This document shows positions 35,638 to 46,131 of a stretch of 59,495 nt of DNA, piece by piece; positions within the stretch are counted from its first letter, which is position 1, and every line of letters begins with the position of its first letter. The stretch comes from Promethearchaeota archaeon. GTDB taxonomy: Archaea > Asgardarchaeota > Thorarchaeia > Thorarchaeales > Thorarchaeaceae. Both the position numbers and the translations under genes were made by a program. The notes beneath the pieces are model-generated. The model searched no databases, had not been told where the DNA came from, and was given only the letters and a program-made list of their open reading frames with translations. The stretch spans positions 1-59,495 of the forward strand of contig JBHLPF010000022.1 in NCBI GenBank assembly GCA_048939765.1. The letters run 5' to 3'.

Positions 35638-37466
35638 TCAACTGTGAGTGTCTTTGACAGATTCCTTGGTAAATCAGGATTTATCCCTAGATCAACAGAG
35701 AGGAAGTAGCTCAGTAGTTGTAGTGGAATCACATCCAGAATTGGATTTAGGAAGAGATTGGACTTGGGAACCATCATGTAATCTGTATCTGAATCAACAT
35801 AATGTCTGAGCTTGTCCTCATATTCCCCGACAATGATAGTTCTTCCTCCCCGAACTCTAACTTCGCTCAAGTGATTAATCACCATCCAGCTGTCCTCGCG
35901 TGTTGTGACAAAAATCACAGGATATCCCTTCTGAACAATGCTCAGTGGACCATGTTTGAATTCACTGGAATACATTCCTTCACAGTGGTTATACACAATC
36001 TCCTTGATTTTCAGCGCGCCTTCCCGAGCCACACCATCCGTAAACCCGTATCCCAAGCAGTACAAATCTTTGATACCGATCAAAGTTCTTGCAAGGGTTC
36101 TTGCCTGGATACTGGTCCGGTTGATAGTGTCCTGAGTAAGTTGAGGCAAGTCATTGGATAGAGTGCTGATGCAGGCTTTGGCCTCAGAAGGATCGAGTGT
36201 CCCGTTTCTTTCACCAAGACGAGCAGCAAGATATGCAAGAATGATATTCTGCGAGTAATATGTCTTAGTCGCAGGAACACTCACCTCATATCCACACGCC
36301 ATAGGAATGTAGGCATTGGCTCCAAACATCAAGGTGCTTCCAATTACATTGACAATGCCTAGAGTCTTCCCCGCAGTTTGCTCCCTAGTGAGATTTAGTA
36401 CGTTGAGGATGTCCTTGGTCTCTCCTGATTGAGATATTAGAATGGACAAGCAATCATCAGTCAATGTGTTTCCGTACATCGGAATGAATTGCCCGCCGAT
36501 TGCCGGTATCAAGGGAATCCCGGCATATTTGCTGAAATAGTAAGCCCCCACAATTCCAGCATGGTAGGAGGTCCCACAAGCTACCAGGTAGTGCCTAGAG
36601 GCTTCTTCAATCATCCTGAGCCATTGATCAGCTTGAGACCCTTGTAGAAGTCCGATTACATCGCCTGCTACCTTGGGCTGCTCATTGATTTCCTTGAGCA
36701 TGAAGTGAGGATATCCGCCCTTCTCTGCAGCACGTGCATCGACCATGCTTGTCTCAGGTTCCCTAACTAGACGTTTGCCGTCTTCGATTCGAAAGACTTC
36801 AACATCATTAGGCGTAAGCCTAACCATCTCTCCGTCCTGAAGATACACCACGCTATTTGTGAGCGGAAGGATTGATGGCAAGTCGCTTGAAACAATAGTG
36901 TCCTCTTCTGCTATTCCGGCGACAAGAGATGAGCCCATCTTCACCGCATAAATCTCACGCAGATCAGCCCTACCAACCGCATAGGAATAAGCACCCTTGA
37001 GGTCATCTGTTGATAGGCGTACAGCTTCAAACATATCCCCGGTTTGTTCATAATATTTATCGACAGCATGGACACATAACTCTCCATCATTCTCAGATCG
37101 AACGACATGTCCAGCGTCGACCAGCTCTTGCCGATACTCAACATAGTTGTGAAGGTTTCCATTGTGGGCCCCAAACAGAATCTCGTCACAAGCATAGTGT
37201 GGCTGGGCATTGATCTTTGTAGGAGCACCATAAGTCGCCCATCTCAGCTGAGAGATTCCCCGGTCTCCGGGCATCCTTGATAGGCTGAGGAGTCTATTCA
37301 CCTCGTCAATTGTTCCAACATCTTTCCTTAGATCAACTCTCCCATGGTGGACCGCCGCAATGCCCACCGAATCGTATCCTCGGTAGGTCAATTTCCTGCT
37401 ACACTCGACCAGAATCTCGCCAATGTTATTGCGATTCATGCTGACAATGCCGGTTATTCCGCACAA
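35634..37466 (-). CDS. glmS: Glutamine-fructose-6-phosphate aminotransferase (isomerising)
   Basis: TTG start at 37466 gives N-terminal MCGI; YRGYDSVG, RWAT, HNG, CGTSYHA, SQSGET, EGALKIKE, EFKHGP, PRNLSKTLTVD. Confidence 0.95.
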   Translation of the reverse strand: MCGITGIVSMNRNNIGEILVECSRKLTYRGYDSVGIAAVHHGRVDLRKDVGTIDEVNRLLSLSRMPGDRGISQLRWATYGAPTKINAQPHYACDEILFGAHNGNLHNYVEYRQELVDAGHVVRSENDGELCVHAVDKYYEQTGDMFEAVRLSTDDLKGAYSYAVGRADLREIYAVKMGSSLVAGIAEEDTIVSSDLPSILPLTNSVVYLQDGEMVRLTPNDVEVFRIEDGKRLVREPETSMVDARAAEKGGYPHFMLKEINEQPKVAGDVIGLLQGSQADQWLRMIEEASRHYLVACGTSYHAGIVGAYYFSKYAGIPLIPAIGGQFIPMYGNTLTDDCLSILISQSGETKDILNVLNLTREQTAGKTLGIVNVIGSTLMFGANAYIPMACGYEVSVPATKTYYSQNIILAYLAARLGERNGTLDPSEAKACISTLSNDLPQLTQDTINRTSIQARTLARTLIGIKDLYCLGYGFTDGVAREGALKIKEIVYNHCEGMYSSEFKHGPLSIVQKGYPVIFVTTREDSWMVINHLSEVRVRGGRTIIVGEYEDKLRHYVDSDTDYMMVPKSNLFLNPILDVIPLQLLSYFLSVDLGINPDLPRNLSKTLTVD

Positions 37467-37633
37467 GGTATACCCTCGCTGGTGACACAGATAGTGGTGC
37501 ACCCGGTGATGGCTTAATTAAGGATTCTGCATGTTGGATATATGTACGAATTAAGGCGACAGACAGATGTTGTCGAAGCCCTTTTATCACCCTTCTTTCA
37601 TGATTCTTAGGGAGCAGGACGAGAGGTTTAAAG

Positions 37634-38335
37634 ATGGGACGGCAGAAACGCATGGCATTGCTTCTCCATCCGTTCCGAAGAGACCTTTACCAGGTTCTTT
37701 GTGAGAATCCAGGCACCTATTTGCTAGAGCTAGTTGAGATGCTCGAATCGCCTCTTGGCACTCTTACTTGGCATCTCAGAATTCTTGAACGCGAAGGTCT
37801 CGTCAAATCAATCAAGTTTGCTGGGAAGCGCCTCTATTATCCAAAAATGCTTAGGTCTAGAGAAGCAGAGATGGCATATCTCACAATGCGAAGTGAAACC
37901 GCTCAGAAAATCTTCGCATTTATAGTCAACAACCCTGGATGCTATCAGGAGCAAATGGCAGAGAGTCTTGGGGTTCATCACGACACCGTCAGATGGCATG
38001 TGTCGAGAATGGAAGAGGTCGGGCTTTGCAGAGTCGAAAAAGAAGGCAGAAAGAAGAAGCACTACCTTGACGAACTGGGCCAAGCACTTATGGAGGGCAG
38101 TCTGAATACAATCTCAGAAACGTTTGTCATGTTCCTCCTGGAGAAACTTGAGGATGGCTGCTTAAATCCAGAAATTCGTGAATCAGCAGACGACCATGTC
38201 ACAATCCGAATTGATTGCCCTGAGAGAGGAAAGGACTGCTTCATCACAATCAATCTTAGAGAGTGGGACTTCCAGTTCTTTGACGATGATGAGATGACCG
38301 AAGCAGAAATCTCTATTGAAAAAGCCAAAGCATAG
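37634..38335 (+). CDS. Tandem winged-HTH (ArsR/HTH_24-like) transcriptional regulator
   Basis: Two repeats: ENPG...GTLTWHLRILEREGLV and NNPG...DTVRWHVSRMEEVGL. Confidence 0.85.
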   Translation: MGRQKRMALLLHPFRRDLYQVLCENPGTYLLELVEMLESPLGTLTWHLRILEREGLVKSIKFAGKRLYYPKMLRSREAEMAYLTMRSETAQKIFAFIVNNPGCYQEQMAESLGVHHDTVRWHVSRMEEVGLCRVEKEGRKKKHYLDELGQALMEGSLNTISETFVMFLLEKLEDGCLNPEIRESADDHVTIRIDCPERGKDCFITINLREWDFQFFDDDEMTEAEISIEKAKA

Positions 38336-38337
38336 GT

Positions 38338-39054
38338 TTAGGACAGACCGTCCACGATATTTCTCACTTTCGATGCCAATTCAGCTGGATTCTGGTCACG
38401 GCAAGCCACAAGCAAGAGACGATTCTCGTCGACTCGCACGACCATCAGCTCAGTTGTTCCTGCTGCAAATGAAATATACTCTGTCTGTTCTGAGAATGTC
38501 AACCCGTTCGCAAAAATCGAACTGGCGAGCCCAGCAAGCTCTATCGTGTTCTCAAAACCAACCGATCCTAGTGGAAGGCCTTCCTCTGTGAGCAGCATTG
38601 TCTGAGTTATTTCGGGCAGCTCCTCAACAATCCGCCCCAATGTAGTCTGTTGTCCAAAAGTGCTAGTTGAGCCCATAACGAGCTCCATTCTTGTCGCTAG
38701 AGATTGGAGAGTTGGCAAAATCTTGTTCAAATCCAAACCCGCATCATTAGCCTTCGAGATAATTACTACCAATAGGTAATTCGGCTGGAGAATTGTGACA
38801 ATACGCTCAATAGCTGTTGAGTGAACAAGGTGTGCAGGGCTGGATGAGCCGATGGAGTCCAGTGCTGTAGCTCCGGCCCATACAAGTGCAGCTGCAACCG
38901 TGGAGATGATCTTCGAGTCCATCTCATTTTCTCGGCAGACTGATGCGACAACAACACCTTCTTTGGTGGAGAGGACAACATGCGTCACTGACTTGTGAAT
39001 CTCAAGGGTTTCTTCAAGAAGCGTAGCCACTTCAGCAAGCGTTCTCTGGGCCAT
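38338..39054 (-). CDS. Tandem (double) Roadblock/LC7 domain protein
   Basis: Two units: HVVLSTKEGVVVAS...ISTVAAAL and TMLLTEEGLPLGS...LAGLASSIF; likely start ATG 39054. Confidence 0.8.
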   Translation of the reverse strand: MAQRTLAEVATLLEETLEIHKSVTHVVLSTKEGVVVASVCRENEMDSKIISTVAAALVWAGATALDSIGSSSPAHLVHSTAIERIVTILQPNYLLVVIISKANDAGLDLNKILPTLQSLATRMELVMGSTSTFGQQTTLGRIVEELPEITQTMLLTEEGLPLGSVGFENTIELAGLASSIFANGLTFSEQTEYISFAAGTTELMVVRVDENRLLLVACRDQNPAELASKVRNIVDGLS

Positions 39055-39130
39055 TTTCTTCATCTCACGAATCTCTGGTCTTTGATAGCATTTATTGCAG
39101 TTATAAATATCCATTGCTCTCATTGATAGG

Positions 39131-39751
39131 GTGATGAATATGAATATAGAGGAATTTGTTGCGCTGGCTATGAAGGGCGAGGTTCTCAAGAATCTCGATA
39201 GAACTGGGTGGATTCTCGCGGGAGTTGATAAAAGTCAGAACGAGTCTGTGGCCGAGCATTCATTTGGAACAACGTTGATTTCACTTCTCCTCGCGAGGCA
39301 GTGTGAGCAAGATGGCTTCAAGATAGATATTGGCAGAGTCCTGACCATGGCAGTCCTGCATGATCTTGCTGAGTCGGAAACATCGGATGTAGTCATTGAT
39401 CGAGATGTGCCTGACAGTCATGTGCAGTTGAGAAACAAAATAGAAGCCGAAACCAAGGCGATGTCAGAAATCTTAGGGCCCCTGGGCAATTTGGGAGAAT
39501 TGCTACTCGACCGTTGGGATGAGATTCAGAATCAAACCACTCTTGAAGCGCGAGTTGTTGCCTCCAGTGATATAATAGACATGCTCATCCATGCTGTGGC
39601 ACTTGAAAGGTCGGGCGTAGTACCAAGCAGCCTTGCAGGCTTCTTCGAATCTGCCCGACCGCGGCTAGAGAAATTGGATATTGCAACAGCTGTCAATATC
39701 TACAAGACATTATACAGGGAACATGAGAACCACCTTGAGAGTGAGATTTAG
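39131..39751 (+). CDS. HD-domain hydrolase (YfbR/HDDC2-like 5'-deoxynucleotidase)
   Basis: LKNLDRTGW, ESVAEHSF, MAVLHDLAE, EARVV..SD. Confidence 0.88.
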   Translation: MMNMNIEEFVALAMKGEVLKNLDRTGWILAGVDKSQNESVAEHSFGTTLISLLLARQCEQDGFKIDIGRVLTMAVLHDLAESETSDVVIDRDVPDSHVQLRNKIEAETKAMSEILGPLGNLGELLLDRWDEIQNQTTLEARVVASSDIIDMLIHAVALERSGVVPSSLAGFFESARPRLEKLDIATAVNIYKTLYREHENHLESEI

Positions 39752-39752
39752 C

Positions 39753-40376
39753 CTAGAGTGGTTCATCCCGTCTTCGGGCCGCTGCAATGATTCTTGCTAC
39801 ACGAATAGGTTCTGGTATCCTACCATCTAGTGTGAATTGATCCACGAGCTTGCGGGCCCTATCAAGTGTGATTCCAGATGTGGTCAGGAACACAGAGTGA
39901 CCGGTCTTCAGAGTGACTTCTTTCCTCTGACCCCCTCCATCCATGAGGGTGACTCTACTCTGCCAATCATTTGGGAAATATTCGCGGAAGTACTTCTCAA
40001 TGCCCTCAGAGGGATTGTAGGAGAGACATACGACGGGTACTCCTGTGGCCTTGTATAAACTCATTGAATCGACGACATTGAACCAGGATATGATGCAGCC
40101 CCCAAGCAACCATACTCTGATATCTTCTCTTGCCAATCGTGAATACATGGCAATTAGCTTCTCGGTCGCGTCTGTGCCTCCCACCTCCGGCTCACAGAAT
40201 CCGATTCCATCAATCCGCATGTCGCCCCTCATCACGACCCCAACAGCTATGCTCTTTTCATCATCACGTTTGAAGCTCTCTGATACACCTATTACCCTTA
40301 CACCCTTTTTCCACTCACGAGGAGACTCGTGTTCGATATCCGAATTGATTTCAAGCGTATCAAACATATCAATCAC
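39753..40376 (-). CDS. DUF99 family (endonuclease V-like) protein
   Basis: GVVMRGDMRIDG, GGTDAT, ISWFNVVD, GRIPEPIRVA. Confidence 0.85.
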   Translation of the reverse strand: MIDMFDTLEINSDIEHESPREWKKGVRVIGVSESFKRDDEKSIAVGVVMRGDMRIDGIGFCEPEVGGTDATEKLIAMYSRLAREDIRVWLLGGCIISWFNVVDSMSLYKATGVPVVCLSYNPSEGIEKYFREYFPNDWQSRVTLMDGGGQRKEVTLKTGHSVFLTTSGITLDRARKLVDQFTLDGRIPEPIRVARIIAAARRRDEPL

Positions 40377-40534
40377 CTACCAAACAGAGAATTCAAATCC
40401 ACAACCAAATATTGCTCTTCAATAGGCAGATGGAGGCCGCTTTGATTTGTACGACCAAGATATGTTATCAAACTTTATTAATGCGCATATACTTCTCAGT
40501 GCCGTTAGTACCTTACGTGTGGAGTGAGGCCTTC

Positions 40535-40918
40535 ATGTTTGACCCAGCATTCGAAGAGCTACAGGGGAAGCTTCGGCAAATCATGGAAGAGGCGACCTCA
40601 CTTGCCACTGGCGTAAAAGCATGGATGCTGCTTTCAAAGGAGGGTCTACCTATTGCATCTGCGGTCCCGCATGGACTAGAGGAAGCAGAAATAGCAGCAA
40701 TGGCCGCCTCAATCCTAGGTGTAGCAGATCTCGCGGCAGAACGAATGGAGCAAGGAATGCTTGAAGAGGTTCTCCTCACGAATCAGAAAGGCCTCATGAT
40801 TATGAAAAGCGCTGGAGAAAAGGCAATTCTTGTCTTGGCTGCAGCAAAAAGCATGAAAACAGGTTTGCTTGTCTATGCAGCAAAAACAGCCTGTGACAGC
40901 ATCGCACCTCTGCTCTAA
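40535..40918 (+). CDS. Roadblock/LC7 (MglB-like) domain protein
   Basis: LLSKEGLPIAS, IAAMAASIL, AGEKAILV, GLL; ATG 40535 after GGAGTGAGG. Confidence 0.9.
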   Translation: MFDPAFEELQGKLRQIMEEATSLATGVKAWMLLSKEGLPIASAVPHGLEEAEIAAMAASILGVADLAAERMEQGMLEEVLLTNQKGLMIMKSAGEKAILVLAAAKSMKTGLLVYAAKTACDSIAPLL

Positions 40919-40920
40919 TT

Positions 40921-42921
40921 TTAGGTTATGCCAACCAGCCAATATGCTATCTGAAGTATGAATAGGTCATTTTCTTCAGATTGATAGTATCCTTTCACTC
41001 CCCAATTGTCAAACAGAAAATTGGTTCCTGAAACAATCATTCTAGCATTGTCAAGCCCTTCTAAAGCAGCCATGACTGTTCGGTTCTCAGTCTGGAGTGC
41101 ACCTTCACCGTCAAGGTATGTTATCTCGACCTGTGCCAGACAAGATGCGTTCCCGGTGAAATTTACCGAACATCCTACAAAATCAAACGACCCGATTCCG
41201 CTGGTTGTAGTGTGGTTCATGAGGTCTGTGACTAGAAGAGTGGATGAGATTCCATTGGCCTCAATTGTTACTTCTGGAATTTGGTCATAGTTGAGTGAAA
41301 AGCCGAAGAGTAACAGCAACTCATTAGTCGAATTCAGATTAAGACTTCTATTCCCCATTCCAGCCACCAGAATGCTCCCTCCGGATTCCCAATAGGCGAG
41401 ATATGCATTTTTCTGAGCTTGAGAGTAGCTGTGTATGCTGGCTATCTCAACCTCCCCATTTCTATAGACGGAACCCCACGCGCACGGATCCAAAATGAAA
41501 ATCGCATCATAACGACCAAGGTTCTCCACTGTTATCTGAGACTCATATCGGAGTTCCTCGATAGCAATTCCAGCGCTTGATAGCAGTGAATACATTTCGC
41601 GGAATTGGCCGTATATCGAGTCCCTTACCCATGGAGAATGACTGATATCAAATGCAACCATAGCAAGCGGAGTTGCGGCATCAAAGGTCATGTCAGCTCG
41701 ATGATAACCATAGGTAGACGAATAAAGCATTACAGTCAAATTCAAGCTGTCTTGGGACTCATTTGTCTGGACGTAAATCGAGATTTGAAATGACCCAGTT
41801 TGATTCAGCTCGAACATCGATGGTCCATGAACCCAATCTGCGGCAGATCCCAAATAGGATATCCTAAACGAGGCGTTACTGCTACAGAATACGGAGTAAG
41901 TGATGATTGTGGATGAGTTGACAAACCATCGCTCAAAACTATATGGTCCGGTCCCTGGAGTCAAAGCAGCGACAAGAGGAAGCTCGTTCTTCTTATTGGC
42001 GTCAGAAACATAATTCATGGCACCCCTTGTATTCAGAAGGCCCGCTCCAACTTCCCATGATTCAGATGATAGATGTGTTGCACTTGAAATCAAAGCTGCC
42101 TTTATCATTCCAGGAGTCCATGACCATTCATTATCCTGGCAATACTCGATTATTCCTGCAGCAGCGGAGGCCACTTGAGGAGCAGCGAAACTAGTGCCAA
42201 AGACGCCACTAGCTCCATTAGTAGAATAGAATCCAAATGCCACGATATCGGGTTTCACGGTCCTGTTTCTCAACGGTCCTCGTGCAGAGAAATCGTAGGG
42301 GTTCCCTTCATCATCAACTGCACCAACAGCAATGACTTCAGGGTAGACTGCAGGTGACTCAACCGAAGTGCCAGCAATTCCGCCTTGTCCATTATTCCCT
42401 GCAGCCGCAACAATCGTAACACCATGATCGTAAGCCCATTCAACTGCTTTTCGGAGTGTCCCTTGGATGAAAGGGTATGTGCCGATGCTTAGATTGATTA
42501 CATCACATTCTGCTTCCTCAACTGCCCAATAGATGGCTGCGACAATGGATTCCACAGTTGCAGTATTGTTACTTGTAACAACTTTGGCATTCACAATTGC
42601 CGCATTCGGTGCATCACGGGCGACTATCCTAGCGACGTATGTGCCATGTGGAGCGTTGAGTGGCAGACTGTCCGTCGTTGAATTCAAATCCACTGGATAA
42701 CCATATGACGTGTTGATGAAACTCTTCTCAAGTACCAGCCTAGCGGCCAGGGAATAATCTTTGTTGATGCCTGAATCAATAACGCAGACCCTGACCTGCA
42801 GCTCAGGTGATTCTGTGGATCGAGGAACCATCACTATTGTGGCAAAAGCAGCAACAAATATGACTGAGACGACAAGAAGCGCTGTGCCTCTTCGAAAGCG
42901 AGGCTCGCTGGCATGCTCCAT
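40921..42921 (-). CDS. Membrane-anchored S8 subtilase with C-terminal GATase-like domain (site-1 protease-like architecture)
   Basis: Catalytic triad VIDSG, HGTYVA and GTSFAAP; oxyanion AAAGN; N-terminal TM anchor; C-terminal VAFDISH...FREMYSLL...GGSILV domain. Confidence 0.88.
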   Translation of the reverse strand: MEHASEPRFRRGTALLVVSVIFVAAFATIVMVPRSTESPELQVRVCVIDSGINKDYSLAARLVLEKSFINTSYGYPVDLNSTTDSLPLNAPHGTYVARIVARDAPNAAIVNAKVVTSNNTATVESIVAAIYWAVEEAECDVINLSIGTYPFIQGTLRKAVEWAYDHGVTIVAAAGNNGQGGIAGTSVESPAVYPEVIAVGAVDDEGNPYDFSARGPLRNRTVKPDIVAFGFYSTNGASGVFGTSFAAPQVASAAAGIIEYCQDNEWSWTPGMIKAALISSATHLSSESWEVGAGLLNTRGAMNYVSDANKKNELPLVAALTPGTGPYSFERWFVNSSTIITYSVFCSSNASFRISYLGSAADWVHGPSMFELNQTGSFQISIYVQTNESQDSLNLTVMLYSSTYGYHRADMTFDAATPLAMVAFDISHSPWVRDSIYGQFREMYSLLSSAGIAIEELRYESQITVENLGRYDAIFILDPCAWGSVYRNGEVEIASIHSYSQAQKNAYLAYWESGGSILVAGMGNRSLNLNSTNELLLLFGFSLNYDQIPEVTIEANGISSTLLVTDLMNHTTTSGIGSFDFVGCSVNFTGNASCLAQVEITYLDGEGALQTENRTVMAALEGLDNARMIVSGTNFLFDNWGVKGYYQSEENDLFILQIAYWLVGIT

Positions 42922-43070
42922 TGATCATCACCAATCATTAATCATATGGTCTTTGAGTTGACCACCAGCTATGGAGCCTCCTGATAAAATCTATTGGACT
43001 CAGCAATCAGAATGTCGCACAAGCAAATCCTTATCTCAGGTCGGAAGATGACTCAGTTGGTGCACACCAC

Positions 43071-43874
43071 TTGGCTATAGACGACCCTGACACTTTCGAA
43101 ATGCAGGAATATGCAGGAATTGACATCTTCGAGCCAGGATCAGTGATTGAGCGTGAGGTTGACTGGAACAAATTATTCCACATTCTTCTTCTGACAGGTG
43201 CCGCTTTCGGCATAACTGTGGGACTGACGGCCATTCTAATGATCCCGCTCATGGCATCAGGCCTAATTATCGTTGACCTCGTTACTGGCAGCATCTTCCT
43301 TGATCCTATAGCAGTGCTTGTCATAACCTTCGCTGAAATCGGATTCATTGTTCCGCCAATTTGGTATGTCAGAAGGAATGGGTTGAAGCTCAGCTCTCTT
43401 GGTATTAAGAACATGACTTCGCTGAAAGACGCCATTCTAGGAATAGCCATGGGAGCAGCAATGCTCCTAGCCAATCTTCTGGTAACTATGCTCATTGGCA
43501 TTGCATTTGATTTGCCAGACACAGGTATTGGCTTCTTTGAGATAGATGGTGTATTAGATGTCATCCTCTGGGTAATCCTCATGTTTGCCGTGGTTGGTTT
43601 CAGCGAGGAACTTCTTTTCAGAGGATTCTTGCAGAGAAGAATGGAGATGTATTTCATTCAGCGGAGGACAAGCCCCGGTCTTTACGCCTTGATTATCACA
43701 AGCTTCATCTTCGCTGCGATTCACTTGGACATTTTCGGAATGCCAACTAGATTCGTGCTGGGACTCATATTGGGATATCTCGCTCAGAAACGTAACTATT
43801 CAATATTGGCTCCTAGTGTGGCTCACGGATTCAATAATGCGGCAGTAGTTGTCTTGGTATTCCTAGGATTCTAG
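43071..43874 (+). CDS. CPBP (Abi/type II CAAX) intramembrane metalloprotease
   Basis: EELLFRG, FAAIH, HGFNN. Confidence 0.92.
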   Translation: MAIDDPDTFEMQEYAGIDIFEPGSVIEREVDWNKLFHILLLTGAAFGITVGLTAILMIPLMASGLIIVDLVTGSIFLDPIAVLVITFAEIGFIVPPIWYVRRNGLKLSSLGIKNMTSLKDAILGIAMGAAMLLANLLVTMLIGIAFDLPDTGIGFFEIDGVLDVILWVILMFAVVGFSEELLFRGFLQRRMEMYFIQRRTSPGLYALIITSFIFAAIHLDIFGMPTRFVLGLILGYLAQKRNYSILAPSVAHGFNNAAVVVLVFLGF

Positions 43875-45044
43875 CTATGCAAGACTTGTCCGCCTCGCAA
43901 AAATACCCCAAGCCAAGACAATTAGAACTGCAGAGAAAATCAGTATCTTGACTATTTCGTTGGTGAATGAGAACAAGTCTACTCCCTTGAATGCAGTATC
44001 AATCATCATGACTCTGCCGAGGTTAAGTGGGAACCATTCATCTATTATTCCAACATCAATGAATCCAGTTCCGACAATCATTGATGCAAAGAGGAGGAAG
44101 AGGAAGGACTGGTTTGCCTGCAGACGCGTCGTTACGACGGTCGAGATAACCACTCCCAAGGCTGCCCCAGACAGGGCTAGTAACCACAGGACTGCATTGA
44201 GAGTGAGATAGTCAGTATTTGGTATAATGCCAAACATGCCCATCCACATTATTAGCAGAAATTGAATCTGGATTAAGCCCACCGCGAAGTAGGCTAGAGT
44301 CTTGGCGAGTACCGCCTCCATCTTGGTTGCGGGAGTCAGCAGCATTCGATTTAGAGGGATATCTCCTACGATCGCCTGTGCGGCCGTAGCAGAGGTGGCG
44401 ATGAAGACCGCAAAAACCACCATGAAAGCGCCAAATGTAGCTGCAGTGTAATTTCCTGTCGGTTCGAATTCCCGCACTGTCTCAACATTTACCTCATGCC
44501 TAATCCAACCATGGTCATATCTAAAATGAGATACCACCTCGCTAAATGCGCCAAATACTGTAGACTGACTCATAATATTGGTGCTCGAGATATGAATCGA
44601 AACAAATGCAGGAATATCACCGGTGATGTTGCCTTCAAATCCATAAGGAATCACTGCATATGCATCAACGCGATCATAGTACAACTCGGTCAATGCCGCC
44701 TGTTCATCCGGGAATATCTCGACAATGAAATCCGGGCTATATTGAAGATACCATGTGAAGTTCAGTGAGAGATCCTCGCCCGGAAACGTATCAGTTGGAT
44801 CTAAATCCACTACACCAAGAGTCAGTGCATCCTGGCTTTTCTCCCCATATTCAGTTGACGTGTAACTTACTTGACCTGTGTTTATTGCTCCGTACATCGT
44901 GAGCATAATCATCCCTGGTAGTGCGAAGATTAGAAGAAGTGCGAATTTATCATTGATAATCAGTCTAAGCTCCTTTCGAAACATGGAATATATTCGCCAG
45001 AGCTTTGTGTTCTTCTTCGTTCCCTTCTCGGTCACACGGCTCAC
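43875..45044 (-). CDS. ABC-2 type permease with extracellular domain
   Basis: KELRL, GVVDLD, RMLLTP...VLAK; 6 TM helices. Confidence 0.85.
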   Translation of the reverse strand: MSRVTEKGTKKNTKLWRIYSMFRKELRLIINDKFALLLIFALPGMIMLTMYGAINTGQVSYTSTEYGEKSQDALTLGVVDLDPTDTFPGEDLSLNFTWYLQYSPDFIVEIFPDEQAALTELYYDRVDAYAVIPYGFEGNITGDIPAFVSIHISSTNIMSQSTVFGAFSEVVSHFRYDHGWIRHEVNVETVREFEPTGNYTAATFGAFMVVFAVFIATSATAAQAIVGDIPLNRMLLTPATKMEAVLAKTLAYFAVGLIQIQFLLIMWMGMFGIIPNTDYLTLNAVLWLLALSGAALGVVISTVVTTRLQANQSFLFLLFASMIVGTGFIDVGIIDEWFPLNLGRVMMIDTAFKGVDLFSFTNEIVKILIFSAVLIVLAWGIFARRTSLA

Positions 45045-45071
45045 CAGAGATTATGATTCATGAGAAGAATG

Positions 45072-46004
45072 TCACCTTTTATGCGTTTTCGGCTTACCTT
45101 GAGACGGCATGAGTCCGAGAACATAGGCTGACATCAATAAATAGAGAATTGAAGACCCATCCCGGCCCCATTCTGTTGATTTCTCGATGACTTGGGTCTT
45201 GGTCATTCTAACTCCATTGTTGTAAAGAGCGCCCAGGATATTTTGAATGACGAGGTCGCCATAAGGAAAGATGGTTAGGTCACCAAATCCCGCGACCATG
45301 GCAGCTTGAACGGTCCATTCTCCAATTCCGCGAATAGGACTTAGAGTCTGCATCATCTCTGGGAATGTCATCAGCGATAGAGATTCCAAATCCAATTTGC
45401 CATTCACAACAAGTGAACAGAGCCTGTACACATACTCTGTCCTATATCCAATTCCAAATTTACCTAGTCCGTCTACACCGCAATCCATGATATCTTCAGG
45501 AGTGGGAAAGGAATACAGCTTGACACCCTCGAAGACACGTTTCCTTGATAGGCCTAGAATCATCTTCCTTGTAACGATATTTGCTGAGCGATAAGAGATC
45601 TGTTGCTGAATGATGGTCTTCACTAGTGCCTCATAAAGCGACTCTGCAACATACGGACGTATGCCCTTTACGCTTGCCACAAATCGCTTCAGGTTCGGAT
45701 CGCTCTTCATTAGTGACAGGGCGGAGTCCATACTCTTGTCAAGTCCGAGGATTCTCCTTGAGAGCAGTCGGACATCCTTGATGGTTGCGGAATTCGCGGG
45801 AAACACAATTTCGAGTGCTCGCCCAGGTCCATTCTGTCTAAAAATCAAAGGGATGAGCTTTCCCCCGATTTCAAAGACACGACCAAAGCAATCTGGACCG
45901 GTCACCTCCGGAACAGGTTGAATATCAGGATAGATCCAAGAATGAACTGATTTAAGAAGGTCATAATTGCGGGGCACTTTGAGTTCAAGCAGCAAATGAA
46001 TCAA
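45072..46004 (-). CDS. alkA: AlkA-family HhH-GPD DNA glycosylase
   Basis: EALVKTIIQQQIS, FPTPE, IRGIGEWT (HhH), FPYGD. Confidence 0.85.
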   Translation of the reverse strand: MIHLLLELKVPRNYDLLKSVHSWIYPDIQPVPEVTGPDCFGRVFEIGGKLIPLIFRQNGPGRALEIVFPANSATIKDVRLLSRRILGLDKSMDSALSLMKSDPNLKRFVASVKGIRPYVAESLYEALVKTIIQQQISYRSANIVTRKMILGLSRKRVFEGVKLYSFPTPEDIMDCGVDGLGKFGIGYRTEYVYRLCSLVVNGKLDLESLSLMTFPEMMQTLSPIRGIGEWTVQAAMVAGFGDLTIFPYGDLVIQNILGALYNNGVRMTKTQVIEKSTEWGRDGSSILYLLMSAYVLGLMPSQGKPKTHKR

Positions 46005-46131
46005 CCAACTTTATGAAATCGCTCCGAACCCCTATGAAAGACTATTGCTGAAACGTCATCATTATATCAGAATCGTACGTGGCCCATAAGAGGCGATTGA
46101 GATAAGCTCTAAGGACATTCTGATTCGATTT

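Noticed and set aside
43031-43657. 208 aa minus-strand ORF
   Set aside because: Antisense shadow of the CPBP protease gene.
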